Shown: positions 36,380-46,888 of the stretch, one piece after another | How positions within the stretch are numbered: position 1 is the first letter of the stretch | How the letters are laid out: the number at the start of each line of letters is the position of its first letter | Assembly (NCBI GenBank): GCA_004322015.1 | Contig: SCQT01000032.1 | Coordinates: 44,981 to 108,980, forward strand | Source of the DNA: Chitinophagaceae bacterium | GTDB lineage: Bacteria > Bacteroidota > Bacteroidia > Chitinophagales > Chitinophagaceae | Reading direction: 5' to 3' | Length of the DNA stretch: 64,000 nt | Notes under the pieces: model-generated | The model's input: only the letters and a program-made list of their open reading frames with translations | Database searches by the model: none | Told to the model about the DNA's origin: nothing | Program-made: the position numbers and the translations under genes

Positions 36380-38605
36380 ATGATGGATTTTGCCGGGGTG
36401 GTTGCAAAAAAACTTTCATTGAAAGAAAATGATGTGTTGGCTGTTTTGAAATTGCTTTCGGAGGGGGCCACTATTCCCTTTATCGCCCGCTATCGTAAGG
36501 ATATGACCGGGGCGCTCGATGAAGTGGCTATTCAAAAAATAGCGGAAGAAGCTCAGTTTCAAAGAGAGTTTAGCGAGCGTAAGGCATTTATTGAGAAGAC
36601 AATCTCGGAACAGGATAAAATGACAGAAGAACTGCAGGAAAAACTCCATGCAGCTTCTTCATTAAATGAATTAGAAGATATTTATTTACCCTACAAGCCA
36701 AAACGGAAAACACGTGCACAAAAAGCACGCGACCTTGGATTGGCGCCCCTGGCAGAATGGATATTAAAACAAGAAGAAAGCTCACCTGAAGAGCGTGCGA
36801 AAGAATTCCTTTCGGTTGATTTAGAAGATATTTCTGTTGTGATACAGGGAGCGAGGGATATTGTTGCCGAACGGATTTCAGAAGATGCAGAACTTCGCGG
36901 ACAAATGCGTCATTTGTTTGAGAAAGAAGGTAAAGTGATCACCAGTGTATTGACTGGGAAGGAAGAGGAAGGGATTAAGTACAAAGATTATTTCGATTTT
37001 TCTGAGCCTATTACTAAAATCCCTTCACACAGGATGCTGGCAGTATTGCGCGGTTTTACAGAAGGTATTTTGCGACTGACTATTCAACCGGAGGAAGAAA
37101 CCGCTTTGCTGCTGATAAACAAGAGGTTTGTAGAGGGTCATTCGGATGCATCTCAGCAGGTAGAAAAAGCAGGTAAGGAATCTTATCGCAGATTATTGCA
37201 ACCGGCATTGGAAAATGAATTCAGGACGGCGTTGAAGATTAAGGCGGATGAAGAAGCTATTGATGTATTTGCCGAAAACCTTAAACAATTATTGCTGTCT
37301 GCTCCATTGGGTGAAAAAAGCCTGATTGCCATTGACCCCGGTTATCGCACGGGATGCAAAGTAGTTGTTCTGGATGCAAATGGAAAGTTGCTGGAAACAG
37401 CCCTTATCTATGTCCATGAAAAGAATCACCGTTTACAGGAGGCGGAACATATTATTCGCAGCCTGGTAAATAAATATAATACAAAAAGTTTTGCTATTGG
37501 CGATGGCACTGCCGGTAGGGAGACAGAACAATTTATTAAATCATTGCAGACAGGCATTCCTGTATTTTTAGTGAATGAAGATGGCGCCTCTGTATATTCC
37601 GCTTCCGAAACGGCCAGGGAAGAATTTCCGGATCAGGATATTACGGTTCGGGGCGCCGTCAGTATCGGCAGGCGATTAATGGATCCGTTGGCTGAACTGG
37701 TCAAGATAGATCCTAAAAGCATAGGGGTAGGGCAATATCAGCATGATGTAAATCAATCGAGTTTGAAATTAAAATTGGATCAGACGGTAGCGCATTGTGT
37801 CAACGCAGTGGGTGTCAACCTGAATACTGCCGGAAAACATCTGCTGCAATACGTCAGCGGCATTGGCCCTTCACTGGCGGAAAATATTGTGCGTTACAGG
37901 AATGAGCATGGGAGCTTCCGCTCGCGGACCGAGCTGATGAAAGTGGAAAGGTTAGGCATTTCGGCTTATGAGCAGTGTGCGGGATTCCTTAGAATAAAAG
38001 ACGGGAATAATCCGTTAGACGCGAGCGGTGTTCATCCTGAGACGTATTCTTTAGTGGATAAAATGGCCGAAGGGATTGGAGTGGAAGTAAATGAGCTTAT
38101 GGGGAATGAAAAGTTAATAAGTAGGATATCTCCATCGGCCTATATTAATGGATCATTCGGCAGACATACTATTGATGATATTTTGAAAGAGCTAAAAAAG
38201 CCCGGTCTTGATCCGCGTTCTGAGGTGCAGCTTTTTGAATTTGCTCCGGTTTATTCGATTGGAGACGTGCAACCTGGCATCATTATTCCGGGTATTGTCA
38301 CCAACCTGACCCGCTTTGGAGCGTTTGTGGATATTGGCGTAAAGCAGGATGGATTGGTACACATTTCGGAAATATCCCACCGTTATATCAGCGATCCTTC
38401 GGAAGTCTTAAAGCTCAATCAGCAGGTAAAAGTAATAGTGCTGGAGGTAGATGTTTCCCGTAAAAGGATAAGTCTTTCTATTAAGCAAACGGAGCCTGCG
38501 CCGTCAGGGAATGGGAAGAAGCATAAAATGAAACCTGCACCTGCCAAACAAACAACAGATAATTTCCAGGAAGCACTAAATACATTGAAGAAGAAATATC
38601 ATTAG
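36380..38605 (+). CDS. tex: Tex-like transcription accessory protein (YqgF, HhH and S1 domains)
   Basis: N-terminus ...LLSEGATIPFIARYRKD, a YqgF-like core (IAIDPGYRTGCK) and a C-terminal S1 domain (GIVTNLTRFGAFVDIG). Confidence 0.9.
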   Translation: MMDFAGVVAKKLSLKENDVLAVLKLLSEGATIPFIARYRKDMTGALDEVAIQKIAEEAQFQREFSERKAFIEKTISEQDKMTEELQEKLHAASSLNELEDIYLPYKPKRKTRAQKARDLGLAPLAEWILKQEESSPEERAKEFLSVDLEDISVVIQGARDIVAERISEDAELRGQMRHLFEKEGKVITSVLTGKEEEGIKYKDYFDFSEPITKIPSHRMLAVLRGFTEGILRLTIQPEEETALLLINKRFVEGHSDASQQVEKAGKESYRRLLQPALENEFRTALKIKADEEAIDVFAENLKQLLLSAPLGEKSLIAIDPGYRTGCKVVVLDANGKLLETALIYVHEKNHRLQEAEHIIRSLVNKYNTKSFAIGDGTAGRETEQFIKSLQTGIPVFLVNEDGASVYSASETAREEFPDQDITVRGAVSIGRRLMDPLAELVKIDPKSIGVGQYQHDVNQSSLKLKLDQTVAHCVNAVGVNLNTAGKHLLQYVSGIGPSLAENIVRYRNEHGSFRSRTELMKVERLGISAYEQCAGFLRIKDGNNPLDASGVHPETYSLVDKMAEGIGVEVNELMGNEKLISRISPSAYINGSFGRHTIDDILKELKKPGLDPRSEVQLFEFAPVYSIGDVQPGIIIPGIVTNLTRFGAFVDIGVKQDGLVHISEISHRYISDPSEVLKLNQQVKVIVLEVDVSRKRISLSIKQTEPAPSGNGKKHKMKPAPAKQTTDNFQEALNTLKKKYH

Positions 38606-38953
38606 AAAGAATCCACTTATTATTTTAATAAAAGGAGAGAAGACCACACCTCGGGCGCTGGCATGATAAGTTCCTCCTTCTCCGTTGCCATGCCATTTAT
38701 CGCTGACGATATCATATCTGAGAATGAGTCCGCTTTATCGAAATGTTCATCATCATTATATTCTAATACAAAATGAAACATCGCATGCACAACGGATCAA
38801 GAAATTGGAAAAAGTACAACAAAATGGGCTGTACAACAACAGTTGATTTGATAGATAATACTTTCAAAATTAAACCTGATAACAAAGAAACATAGAAATA
38901 AAAGATAACAAGCAACAGCAGCCCGTTATCGTTGGATTTTGTAATACAATCCC

Positions 38954-38961
38954 TACCTTTG
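38954..38961 (+). promoter_or_regulatory. Bacteroidota -7 box (TAccTTTG)
   Basis: Exact TAnnTTTG match 26 nt upstream of the ATG at 38987. Confidence 0.4.
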
Positions 38962-38986
38962 CATTCATTTAATTTTAGCAAATGAA

Positions 38987-40207
38987 ATGGCAGATATCGA
39001 GTACGATGTGATAATAGTGGGCGGCGGAATCGTGGGGCTGGCCTCCGCTTATAAAATAAACCTGAAATATCCAAACAAAAAGATTCTGGTATTAGAAAAA
39101 GAACCGGAGGTGGCGGCTCATCAAACAGGGCATAATTCGGGCGTCATTCATTCCGGTATTTATTATAAACCGGGGTCTTACCGTGCACGTAATTGTGTGG
39201 AAGGAAGAAGAGAACTGGTTGCTTTTGCCAAAGCAAACGGCATTAAACATGATATTTGCGGAAAGGTGATCGTCGCAACAGAAGAGTCCGAGTTGGCGCA
39301 CATGCAGAAAGTCTTCAATCATGGCCAACAAAATGGGGTAGAGGGTATTGAACTCATCCACACTGATCGGATTAAAGAAATTGAACCTTACTGCAGTGGC
39401 ATTGCTGGGATCTGGGTTCCCTGTACGGGCATTATTGATTATGCAGAGGTGGCCAGGAAGTATGCCGAATTGATTAGTTGCCAATTTGATGGAAGCAGGG
39501 TATTGACAAACCACAAAGTTACAGGTTTTGAGAAACATACTGATTATACCGTTGTAATTACTAATCAGGGTGCTTTTAATACGAAGTATATAGTTACATG
39601 CGGCGGATTGCAATCTGACCGGATTGCCAGGAAAGAAGGAGCTAAAACAGATGCTGCAATTGTAGGCTTCCGGGGCGATTATTATGAGCTCACTCCGCAG
39701 GCAAAACATAAAGTAAAGAATCTTATTTACCCTGTGCCTAACCCCATATATCCATTTTTAGGCGTGCATTTTACACGTATGATCAATGGAGATACGGAAT
39801 GTGGACCCAATGCGGTTTTTGTATTTAAAAGAGAGGGTTATGCTAAAACGGATTTTTCTCTGAGAGATACAGCTGATGCATTTTCCTTTTCGGGGACATG
39901 GAAATTTTTCTATAAAAACTGGCGTTTTGGATTGGACGAATACCGGAGAGCATTTTCCAAAAAATTATTCCTTCGCCGTCTTCAGAGGCTTATTCCCAGT
40001 TTAGGGATGGAGGATATTACACCGGGAAGGGCAGGCGTGAGGGCTATGCTTCTGGCGGAAGAGGGGAAAATGATAGATGACTTCAAGATCGAACATAACG
40101 GGAACGCCATCCATATCCTTAATGCACCTTCCCCTGCTGCCACCGCCTCATTGGCTATCGGCACCCAGGTCCAAAAAATGGCTGATGAATATTTTCACCT
40201 CTGCTGA
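38987..40207 (+). CDS. lhgO: L-2-hydroxyglutarate oxidase (FAD-dependent)
   Basis: FAD fingerprint DVIIVGGGIVGLA, the motif HQTGHNSGVIHSGIYY and a length of about 400 aa. Confidence 0.8.
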   Translation: MADIEYDVIIVGGGIVGLASAYKINLKYPNKKILVLEKEPEVAAHQTGHNSGVIHSGIYYKPGSYRARNCVEGRRELVAFAKANGIKHDICGKVIVATEESELAHMQKVFNHGQQNGVEGIELIHTDRIKEIEPYCSGIAGIWVPCTGIIDYAEVARKYAELISCQFDGSRVLTNHKVTGFEKHTDYTVVITNQGAFNTKYIVTCGGLQSDRIARKEGAKTDAAIVGFRGDYYELTPQAKHKVKNLIYPVPNPIYPFLGVHFTRMINGDTECGPNAVFVFKREGYAKTDFSLRDTADAFSFSGTWKFFYKNWRFGLDEYRRAFSKKLFLRRLQRLIPSLGMEDITPGRAGVRAMLLAEEGKMIDDFKIEHNGNAIHILNAPSPAATASLAIGTQVQKMADEYFHLC

Positions 40208-40327
40208 CGACCAGCACGCTATTTGCAAGGAAAGTGCCGCCGGATATTGTTAAATGTTTAATCCTTTGGCCAAACGGGATGCTCTCTCAGACCCGTAATA
40301 TGTCCTGAGATAAAGAGAGGTATTGAT

Positions 40328-40335
40328 TATATTTG
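40328..40335 (+). promoter_or_regulatory. Bacteroidota -7 box (TAtaTTTG)
   Basis: Exact TAnnTTTG match 20 nt upstream of the ATG at 40355. Confidence 0.4.
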
Positions 40336-40354
40336 TACTCTAAAGAATTCTCTC

Positions 40355-43300
40355 ATGCAAAAGACGAATATTTATTTTTATAAGAAATCCTTCATTTCCC
40401 TGATCCTTCTTCTTTTTTCTTTTCCATGTATTTTATTAGCTCAGCCTCTTCCGCCGGTTGCGCAGGGACTTCATTTTACTTCTTTGCCGTTGAAGTGGTA
40501 TGAGGCTGTTCCATTAGGCGATGGCATGCTTGGCGCTTTGGTATATGAAAAAGATAATCATCTCCGTGTAGCACTGGACAGGGCCGATCTGTGGGATTTG
40601 AGATCTGTAAAAGAATTTGACAGCCGGGATTTTTCGTATCATTGGATTTATGAACATGTGATCGGCAAAGATTATGAACCCGTTCATAAACTGGTGGATT
40701 ATCCTTATGATCACGATGCTGCCCCTACTAAGATCCCTGCTGGCGCCTTAGAATTTCCCACAGCTGATTTTGGAAAAATAAAATCCGTTGATTTAAATAT
40801 TCACACAGCCACTTGTTTTATCCAATGGGAAAACGGAACGTCGGCAACGATCTTTATTTCAGCAAAAGAAAATGCCGGTTATTTTCGCTTTGATCATTTA
40901 CCGGAAAATTTGACCTTTTTTGCACCTGTGTTGGATGCCCCGGCTTATCAGGCCACTCATTTTGATGCATCGGGTAATGCCGTAGTTGGAGGTCAGGATC
41001 TCGCGCGCTTGGGATATCCAAAAGGAACAATTAAAAAAGGGAATCATATAATAAGCTATTATCAGCGGGGATGGGGGCACTTTAGTTACAACATTACAGT
41101 TTGCTGGAAACATCTTACGGATCGTTCCGTAGAAGGGACATGGAGTATTTCTTCGGATGGCTCTCCTTATTCAGCGAAACAAAAGGCTTCTGAGATCGCT
41201 GCAACTGCACTGAAAATACCATTTGCCCGCACCTGGAATGATCATAAAAGATGGTGGGATGATTATTGGAACCAATCGTCCGTAACCCTGCCTGACCCTG
41301 TATTGCAGCACCAGTATGATATGGATATGTATCTCTTTGCTTCCGCTTCCAGAAAGGGAGATCTCCCGATCACCCTGCAGGCAGTATGGACTGCCGACAA
41401 TGGTAAGTTGCCGCCCTGGAAAGGTGATTATCATAATGATCTGAACACACAATTAAGCTATTGGCCCGGCTATACAGCCAATCATTTGCCGGAATCAGCA
41501 GCCTTTACGGACTGGCTTTGGAAAGATGAGCCGGTTTTTACAAAATATACGCGAAGATTTTTTAAAGATAGCGGATTAAATGTGCCCGGTGTTTGTACGC
41601 TGACCGGTGAACCCATGGGCGGGTGGGGGCAATATTCTTTATCACCGACGGTATCCTGTTGGTTATCTCAGTATTTTTACTGGCAATGGATATATTCCGG
41701 AGATTATGATTTTTTAAAGCAACGAGCCTATCCCTGGATAAAAGCAGCAGCCACGCATATAGAAAGCATTGCTATTAAAAATAAAGAAGGCTATTGGCAG
41801 CTTCCTATCTCTTCCAGCCCCGAATTTTTTGATAATGAACTAAAAGCCTGGTTTCTGCAAACTTCTAATTATGATCTGTCACTTATACACTGGTTACTAA
41901 ACACAGCCGTTCAAATGGCTGATACGCTTCATTTGCAAAAAGAGGCCATACATTGGAAAACTTTCTTGGACGGCTGGCCTTCACTTGCTCTTAATCCTGC
42001 TGACAGCGCGCTGCTGGTCGCGCCGGATATTCCATATAGCTTTTCACATCGTCATTTTTCTCATTTAATGAGTATTTACCCGTTGCAATTAATAGACTGG
42101 TATCAGGGAGAAAAAGACAGAAAAATAATACAAGCCAGTTTGCAGGAATTAAAAGAATACGGGCCATCCGAATGGATGGGATATTCTTATGCCTGGTTAG
42201 CCTGCCTGAAAGCCGTGAATCAGGATGGCGCCGGAGCGGAGAATGCACTGAAAATATTCGCTACAGCATTTTGCTCGCCTAACAGCTTTCACCTGAATGG
42301 CGATCAAAGCGGCAAAGGATACTCCAATGCCACGTATCATCCTTTTACACTAGAAGGAAATTTCGCATTTGCCAGGGGTGTACAGCTTATGTTGATCCAG
42401 CAACATGGCGGCGTTAATTATATTTTTCCTGCTGTTCCTGATAATTGGGAAAAGGTGGGTTTTGAAAAATTGCGTGTACCCGGAGCGTTTTTGATTTCTG
42501 CCAAAAAAGAAAACGGGATGATTACTGAGGTTAGGATTAAATCTTTAAAAGGAGGGAAAATAAAACTTCATAATCCGTTTATTGATCAAAAAATGAAAGT
42601 GATTGGTACACAGGTGACTAATAGCAAACGAAATAATAAAACACTCACTTTTTCTATGTCATCCGGGCAGGTAATTTTTTTAAAAAGAGAAATACCTTCC
42701 ATCGTTAAAGGGGGAAAAATATTAGGTGCTGATATTTCCTTTCTCCCCCAGTTAGAAGCCCGCGGTGAAAAATTTTATGTGGATGGAAAACAACAAGATG
42801 CTATCCGCATCCTGAAAGATCACGGATTTAATTTTATACGGCTCCGTATCTTTGTAAATCCTGCAGCGGACAGCGGTTATTCCCCGCGAAAAGGATTTTG
42901 TAATCTTTTTCATACCGAGCAAATGGCAAAAAGGATCAAGGCAGCCCACATGGGCTTTCTGCTCGATTTTCATTACAGCGACACCTGGGCGGATCCCGGA
43001 AAGCAATATACACCTTCAGCATGGAAGCATGATGATTTTATACAATTAAAGCAAGAAGTGTATAATCACACTAAAAAAGTAATTACAGCCCTAAAAAGGC
43101 TGGGAACACCACCCGATATCGTACAGATTGGGAATGAAATCAACCACGGTATCTTATGGCCCATAGGAAGCATCCACCATCCGGATACTTTGGCTGCCCT
43201 TTTAAAATCAGGTATAGCCGCAGTGAAGAAAGCGGATCGGGACATTAAGATCATGCTGCATATAGCGCTTGGGGGACAAAATGCGGAATCCAGATCTTTT

Positions 43301-43627
43301 TTAGATACCATGATAGCCAGGCAGGTTCCCTTTGACCTGATAGGCGAGTCTTATTATCCGCAATGGCACGGGACGCTCGGCGATCTTAAAAATAACGTGA
43401 CAGATCTTGCAGAAAGATATTCTCAGCCGATAGTGGTCGTAGAATATTCCGAGCATAAAGAAGAAGTAAACCAAATTGTATATCATTTGCCGGACAATAA
43501 AGGGTTGGGTACATTTATCTGGGAGCCGTTGAATACCTGGGAAGCAATGTTCAACAGGCAGGGAATCGCTAATGATTCATTATTGAATATTTATGTCAAC
43601 CTGGCAAAAGAATATCACGTTCATTAA
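40355..43627 (+). CDS. Fusion glycoside hydrolase: GH95-like six-hairpin region (about aa 30-780) + GH53 endo-beta-1,4-galactanase (from about nt 42720)
   Basis: N-terminus: WYEAVPLGDGMLGALVY...DLWD and LQAVWT...LPPWKGDYHNDLNTQLSYWP resemble GH95. C-terminus: FNFIRLRIFVNP, DFHYSDTWADPGKQ, VQIGNEINHG, SYYPQWHG, VVVEYS are GH53 signatures. Confidence 0.7.
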   Translation: MQKTNIYFYKKSFISLILLLFSFPCILLAQPLPPVAQGLHFTSLPLKWYEAVPLGDGMLGALVYEKDNHLRVALDRADLWDLRSVKEFDSRDFSYHWIYEHVIGKDYEPVHKLVDYPYDHDAAPTKIPAGALEFPTADFGKIKSVDLNIHTATCFIQWENGTSATIFISAKENAGYFRFDHLPENLTFFAPVLDAPAYQATHFDASGNAVVGGQDLARLGYPKGTIKKGNHIISYYQRGWGHFSYNITVCWKHLTDRSVEGTWSISSDGSPYSAKQKASEIAATALKIPFARTWNDHKRWWDDYWNQSSVTLPDPVLQHQYDMDMYLFASASRKGDLPITLQAVWTADNGKLPPWKGDYHNDLNTQLSYWPGYTANHLPESAAFTDWLWKDEPVFTKYTRRFFKDSGLNVPGVCTLTGEPMGGWGQYSLSPTVSCWLSQYFYWQWIYSGDYDFLKQRAYPWIKAAATHIESIAIKNKEGYWQLPISSSPEFFDNELKAWFLQTSNYDLSLIHWLLNTAVQMADTLHLQKEAIHWKTFLDGWPSLALNPADSALLVAPDIPYSFSHRHFSHLMSIYPLQLIDWYQGEKDRKIIQASLQELKEYGPSEWMGYSYAWLACLKAVNQDGAGAENALKIFATAFCSPNSFHLNGDQSGKGYSNATYHPFTLEGNFAFARGVQLMLIQQHGGVNYIFPAVPDNWEKVGFEKLRVPGAFLISAKKENGMITEVRIKSLKGGKIKLHNPFIDQKMKVIGTQVTNSKRNNKTLTFSMSSGQVIFLKREIPSIVKGGKILGADISFLPQLEARGEKFYVDGKQQDAIRILKDHGFNFIRLRIFVNPAADSGYSPRKGFCNLFHTEQMAKRIKAAHMGFLLDFHYSDTWADPGKQYTPSAWKHDDFIQLKQEVYNHTKKVITALKRLGTPPDIVQIGNEINHGILWPIGSIHHPDTLAALLKSGIAAVKKADRDIKIMLHIALGGQNAESRSFLDTMIARQVPFDLIGESYYPQWHGTLGDLKNNVTDLAERYSQPIVVVEYSEHKEEVNQIVYHLPDNKGLGTFIWEPLNTWEAMFNRQGIANDSLLNIYVNLAKEYHVH

Positions 43628-43712
43628 AAATCCCTTTTTATTTAAATCAACAAGTTGTATTTTGGAGCCGGAATAAAACAGGTTCACTTAACACTTAATA
43701 TTTTAACACATC

Positions 43713-46148
43713 ATGAAACACAAGCGTATTGTTGGCTTAATGTTGTTATTTGTTTCGTTTTTGATTATCAGAAACACTTTTGCCTCTGTTAAAGGGGGAC
43801 CTAATTCTTCTGAGAGAAGAGTCAGCTTCGATGACCACTGGCATTTTCACCTCGGCGATGTGCCCGAAGCGAAGGAGCCTTCCTTTGATGATGCATCCTG
43901 GAGATGGTTGAATTTGCCTCATGATTGGAGCATTGAAGGTGCATTCAGCGAAGATAATCCTGCCGGCGTAGGAGGGGGGGCGTTGCCCGGTGGTATCGGA
44001 TGGTATCGTAAAGAATTTACTCTGCCAAGAAGTGATAACGGGAAGTTATTATTTATTGATTTCGATGGAGTATATGAAAATAGCGAGGTCTGGATCAACG
44101 GCCACTATTTAGGCGTCCGTCCTTATGGATACAGTTCCTTCCGGTATGAGCTTACACCTTATTTACATTATGGAAATGAAAAAAATATTATTGCCGTTCG
44201 TGTGGATAATTCCAAACAACCCAATTCACGCTGGTATTCCGGTTCCGGCATTTACCGGAATGTCTGGCTGGTGGCAACCAATAAAATCCATGTGGGACAT
44301 TGGGGAACTTATATTACCACTCCTCGGGTAAATGACCGGATGGCAACAGTGGATATTCAAACGACTATTAACAATGCAGATCCTTCTGCCAGGAACGTAA
44401 CTCTTAAGACGATTATCTATAATGATAAAGGAAAAGTAGTGGCGGAAAAAAGTGTTTCCGGAAATATCGCCAATGGCGATTCCAGAACCTTTTCTCAAAC
44501 AATAACAGTGGATCATCCTGACCTGTGGTCAACGGAAAACCCGGTTTTATATAAAGTGATTTCCTTAGTAGAAAATAACGGCAAAGAAGTAGATCGTTAT
44601 GAAACACCCTTTGGCATTCGTTATTTCAGGTTCGATAGCAACGATGGTTTCTTTCTGAATGGAAAACACATAAAAATAAAAGGGGTCTGCGATCATCATG
44701 ACCTGGGATGCCTTGGCGCTGCCATTAATACCAGAGCCATTCAACGCCAGTTACAGATACTGAAGAGCATGGGGGTAAATGCCATGCGTACTTCACATAA
44801 TCCGCCTGCGCCTGAGTTATTGCAATTGTGTGACAAGATGGGTATTTTAGTAATGGATGAAGCATTTGATTGCTGGAAAAAAGGAAAGAATCCCTATGAT
44901 TACCATTTATATTGGGACCAATGGCATAAAAAAGACCTCTCTGATATGATCCGTCGTGACCGCAATCATCCAAGTGTGATTATCTGGAGCATTGGTAATG
45001 AGATCCCCGATCAATGGGACAGTGCGGGAGCACCTATTGCACGCGAACTCAGAGGGATTGTCCGTTCGTTGGATACGACCCGTCCGATAACCTCTGCCAT
45101 GAATGATCCTGAGGCCCCCAATAACGAGCTTTCTCATTCGGGCGCTATGGATCTGATTGGACATAATTACAGGGTAGATAGCTGGAAAAACTTTTTTAAA
45201 TATTTCCCAAATGGAAAATTCCTGGCGACTGAAACGACCTCCGCGTTGGAAACCCGCGGTGAATATAATATGCCTTCCGACAGTATTTTTATATGGCCAC
45301 ACAAAGGAGTAAAGATGAACGCCGACTTCACCTGCTCCGCTTATGATAATTGCAGGGTTCCCTGGGGCGCCACGCATGAAAAAGTCTTAAAAGCCTTCAT
45401 GAAAGATGATTTTGTATCAGGCATGTTTGTATGGACGGGATTTGATTACCTGGGTGAACCTACACCTTATGGATGGCCGGCGCGCAGTTCTTATTTTGGT
45501 ATCGTTGACCTCGCAGGTTTTCCTAAAGATGCTTATTATTTATATAAAAGCGTTTGGACCAATACACCCACCCTGCATATATTTCCACATTGGAATTGGA
45601 AGGCGGGCGATACAGTTGATGTGTGGGCTTATTATAATGATGCAGATCGTGTTGAATTATTCTTAAACGGGAGATCATTAGGGTCACGCAGTAAAGAAGA
45701 CGGCGGCATGCATGTGATGTGGCGGGTTCCTTTTCACCCGGGGACATTAAAAGCTGTTTCTTATAAAGGTGGAAAAGTGGTTTTGGTCCGTGAAATACGC
45801 ACTGCAGGTCCTGCCGCCAGGATGATCATCGAACCGGACCGGAAGCATATTCACGCGGACGGAAAGGACCTTTCATTCGTTACTATAAAAACCGTGGATA
45901 AAAACGGAAACCTGATTCCTCACGCAGATAATTTAATCCATTTTAAAATCAGTGGTGCCGGATTTATTGTGGGTATGGACAATGGAAATGAAACTGATCA
46001 TGAGTCTTTTAAAGGAGATCAGCATAAAGCATTTAACGGACTTTGTTTAGCAGTAATTCAATCAGACGGGAAGAAAGGAGCCATTACTTTAACAGCTACC
46101 GCCGAAGGATTACCTTCGGTCTCTGCCGTCATTGATGCCGGGGAATAA
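43713..46148 (+). CDS. GH2 beta-galactosidase
   Basis: Signal peptide, sugar-binding domain (WRWLNLPHDWSIEG), the acid/base region NHPSVIIWSIGNE and the nucleophile region ...ATETTSA. Confidence 0.85.
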   Translation: MKHKRIVGLMLLFVSFLIIRNTFASVKGGPNSSERRVSFDDHWHFHLGDVPEAKEPSFDDASWRWLNLPHDWSIEGAFSEDNPAGVGGGALPGGIGWYRKEFTLPRSDNGKLLFIDFDGVYENSEVWINGHYLGVRPYGYSSFRYELTPYLHYGNEKNIIAVRVDNSKQPNSRWYSGSGIYRNVWLVATNKIHVGHWGTYITTPRVNDRMATVDIQTTINNADPSARNVTLKTIIYNDKGKVVAEKSVSGNIANGDSRTFSQTITVDHPDLWSTENPVLYKVISLVENNGKEVDRYETPFGIRYFRFDSNDGFFLNGKHIKIKGVCDHHDLGCLGAAINTRAIQRQLQILKSMGVNAMRTSHNPPAPELLQLCDKMGILVMDEAFDCWKKGKNPYDYHLYWDQWHKKDLSDMIRRDRNHPSVIIWSIGNEIPDQWDSAGAPIARELRGIVRSLDTTRPITSAMNDPEAPNNELSHSGAMDLIGHNYRVDSWKNFFKYFPNGKFLATETTSALETRGEYNMPSDSIFIWPHKGVKMNADFTCSAYDNCRVPWGATHEKVLKAFMKDDFVSGMFVWTGFDYLGEPTPYGWPARSSYFGIVDLAGFPKDAYYLYKSVWTNTPTLHIFPHWNWKAGDTVDVWAYYNDADRVELFLNGRSLGSRSKEDGGMHVMWRVPFHPGTLKAVSYKGGKVVLVREIRTAGPAARMIIEPDRKHIHADGKDLSFVTIKTVDKNGNLIPHADNLIHFKISGAGFIVGMDNGNETDHESFKGDQHKAFNGLCLAVIQSDGKKGAITLTATAEGLPSVSAVIDAGE

Positions 46149-46167
46149 TATTTGGCAAGTGATTATA

Positions 46168-46758
46168 TTATTGAACAGCACCGCCGTTCTTTTCAAGCGT
46201 TTCTTCGCTGGTATAGATAAGAATGGCGGTAATCAGTTTTTTCATGGCTATCGCCATTTGTGACTCTACCGTTTTGACTGATAAGTTTAAAATAGCGGCT
46301 GCCTCCTTATACTTCAGTCCGTCTTCTCTGATGAGACAGAAGATCTGTTTGCAACAGGGAGGGAGCTGATCAATGGTTTGGTATATCTTCTTTTTCATCT
46401 CTTCCGTGATCATCATCTTCTCCGGGTCTATATCAAAAACAAAATATTCATTACCGATGGTGCTGATATCCACAGTTTCTCTAAGCCTGTTTTTGCTCAG
46501 ATAGTCCAGAGACTTATTTTTTACAGCCACATAAAGATACACATCGGGATTTTCTATTTTATGTAAGTGATTCCTTTTCTCCCATAAATTCATAAACACA
46601 TCATGAACTATTTCTTCAGCCACTTCTTTGCTATGGACGATGGTGATGCAGAACCGGAACAACCTGTTAAAATAATAACGATAAAACTCCTTAAAAGCCT
46701 TGCCATCGCTTTCATGAGAAATCTTAAACAAACAGTCCTGTATTGCTGCTTTATTCAT
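46168..46758 (-). CDS. ECF RNA polymerase sigma factor (PUL-associated)
   Basis: Sigma-2 (AEEIVHDVFMNLWE) and sigma-4 (LKYKEAAAILNLSVKTVESQM) regions. The ATG at 46758 is preferred. Confidence 0.8.
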   Translation of the reverse strand: MNKAAIQDCLFKISHESDGKAFKEFYRYYFNRLFRFCITIVHSKEVAEEIVHDVFMNLWEKRNHLHKIENPDVYLYVAVKNKSLDYLSKNRLRETVDISTIGNEYFVFDIDPEKMMITEEMKKKIYQTIDQLPPCCKQIFCLIREDGLKYKEAAAILNLSVKTVESQMAIAMKKLITAILIYTSEETLEKNGGAVQ

Positions 46759-46888
46759 AATTATTGTAAAAAAATAGTTAATAAGTGGTAAATATAGGGG
46801 AATATCGGGGAACAAAAAAAATATTTATTTCTCTTAGGGGTAAAGGTGAATTTACCCGTCCTTACATGAAAGACAGTTTCTATTTAGT

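Noticed and set aside
38763-39074. The 103-aa minus-strand ORF overlapping the lhgO start.
   Set aside because: It overlaps the lhgO promoter and N-terminus. It has implausible composition and no recognisable family.
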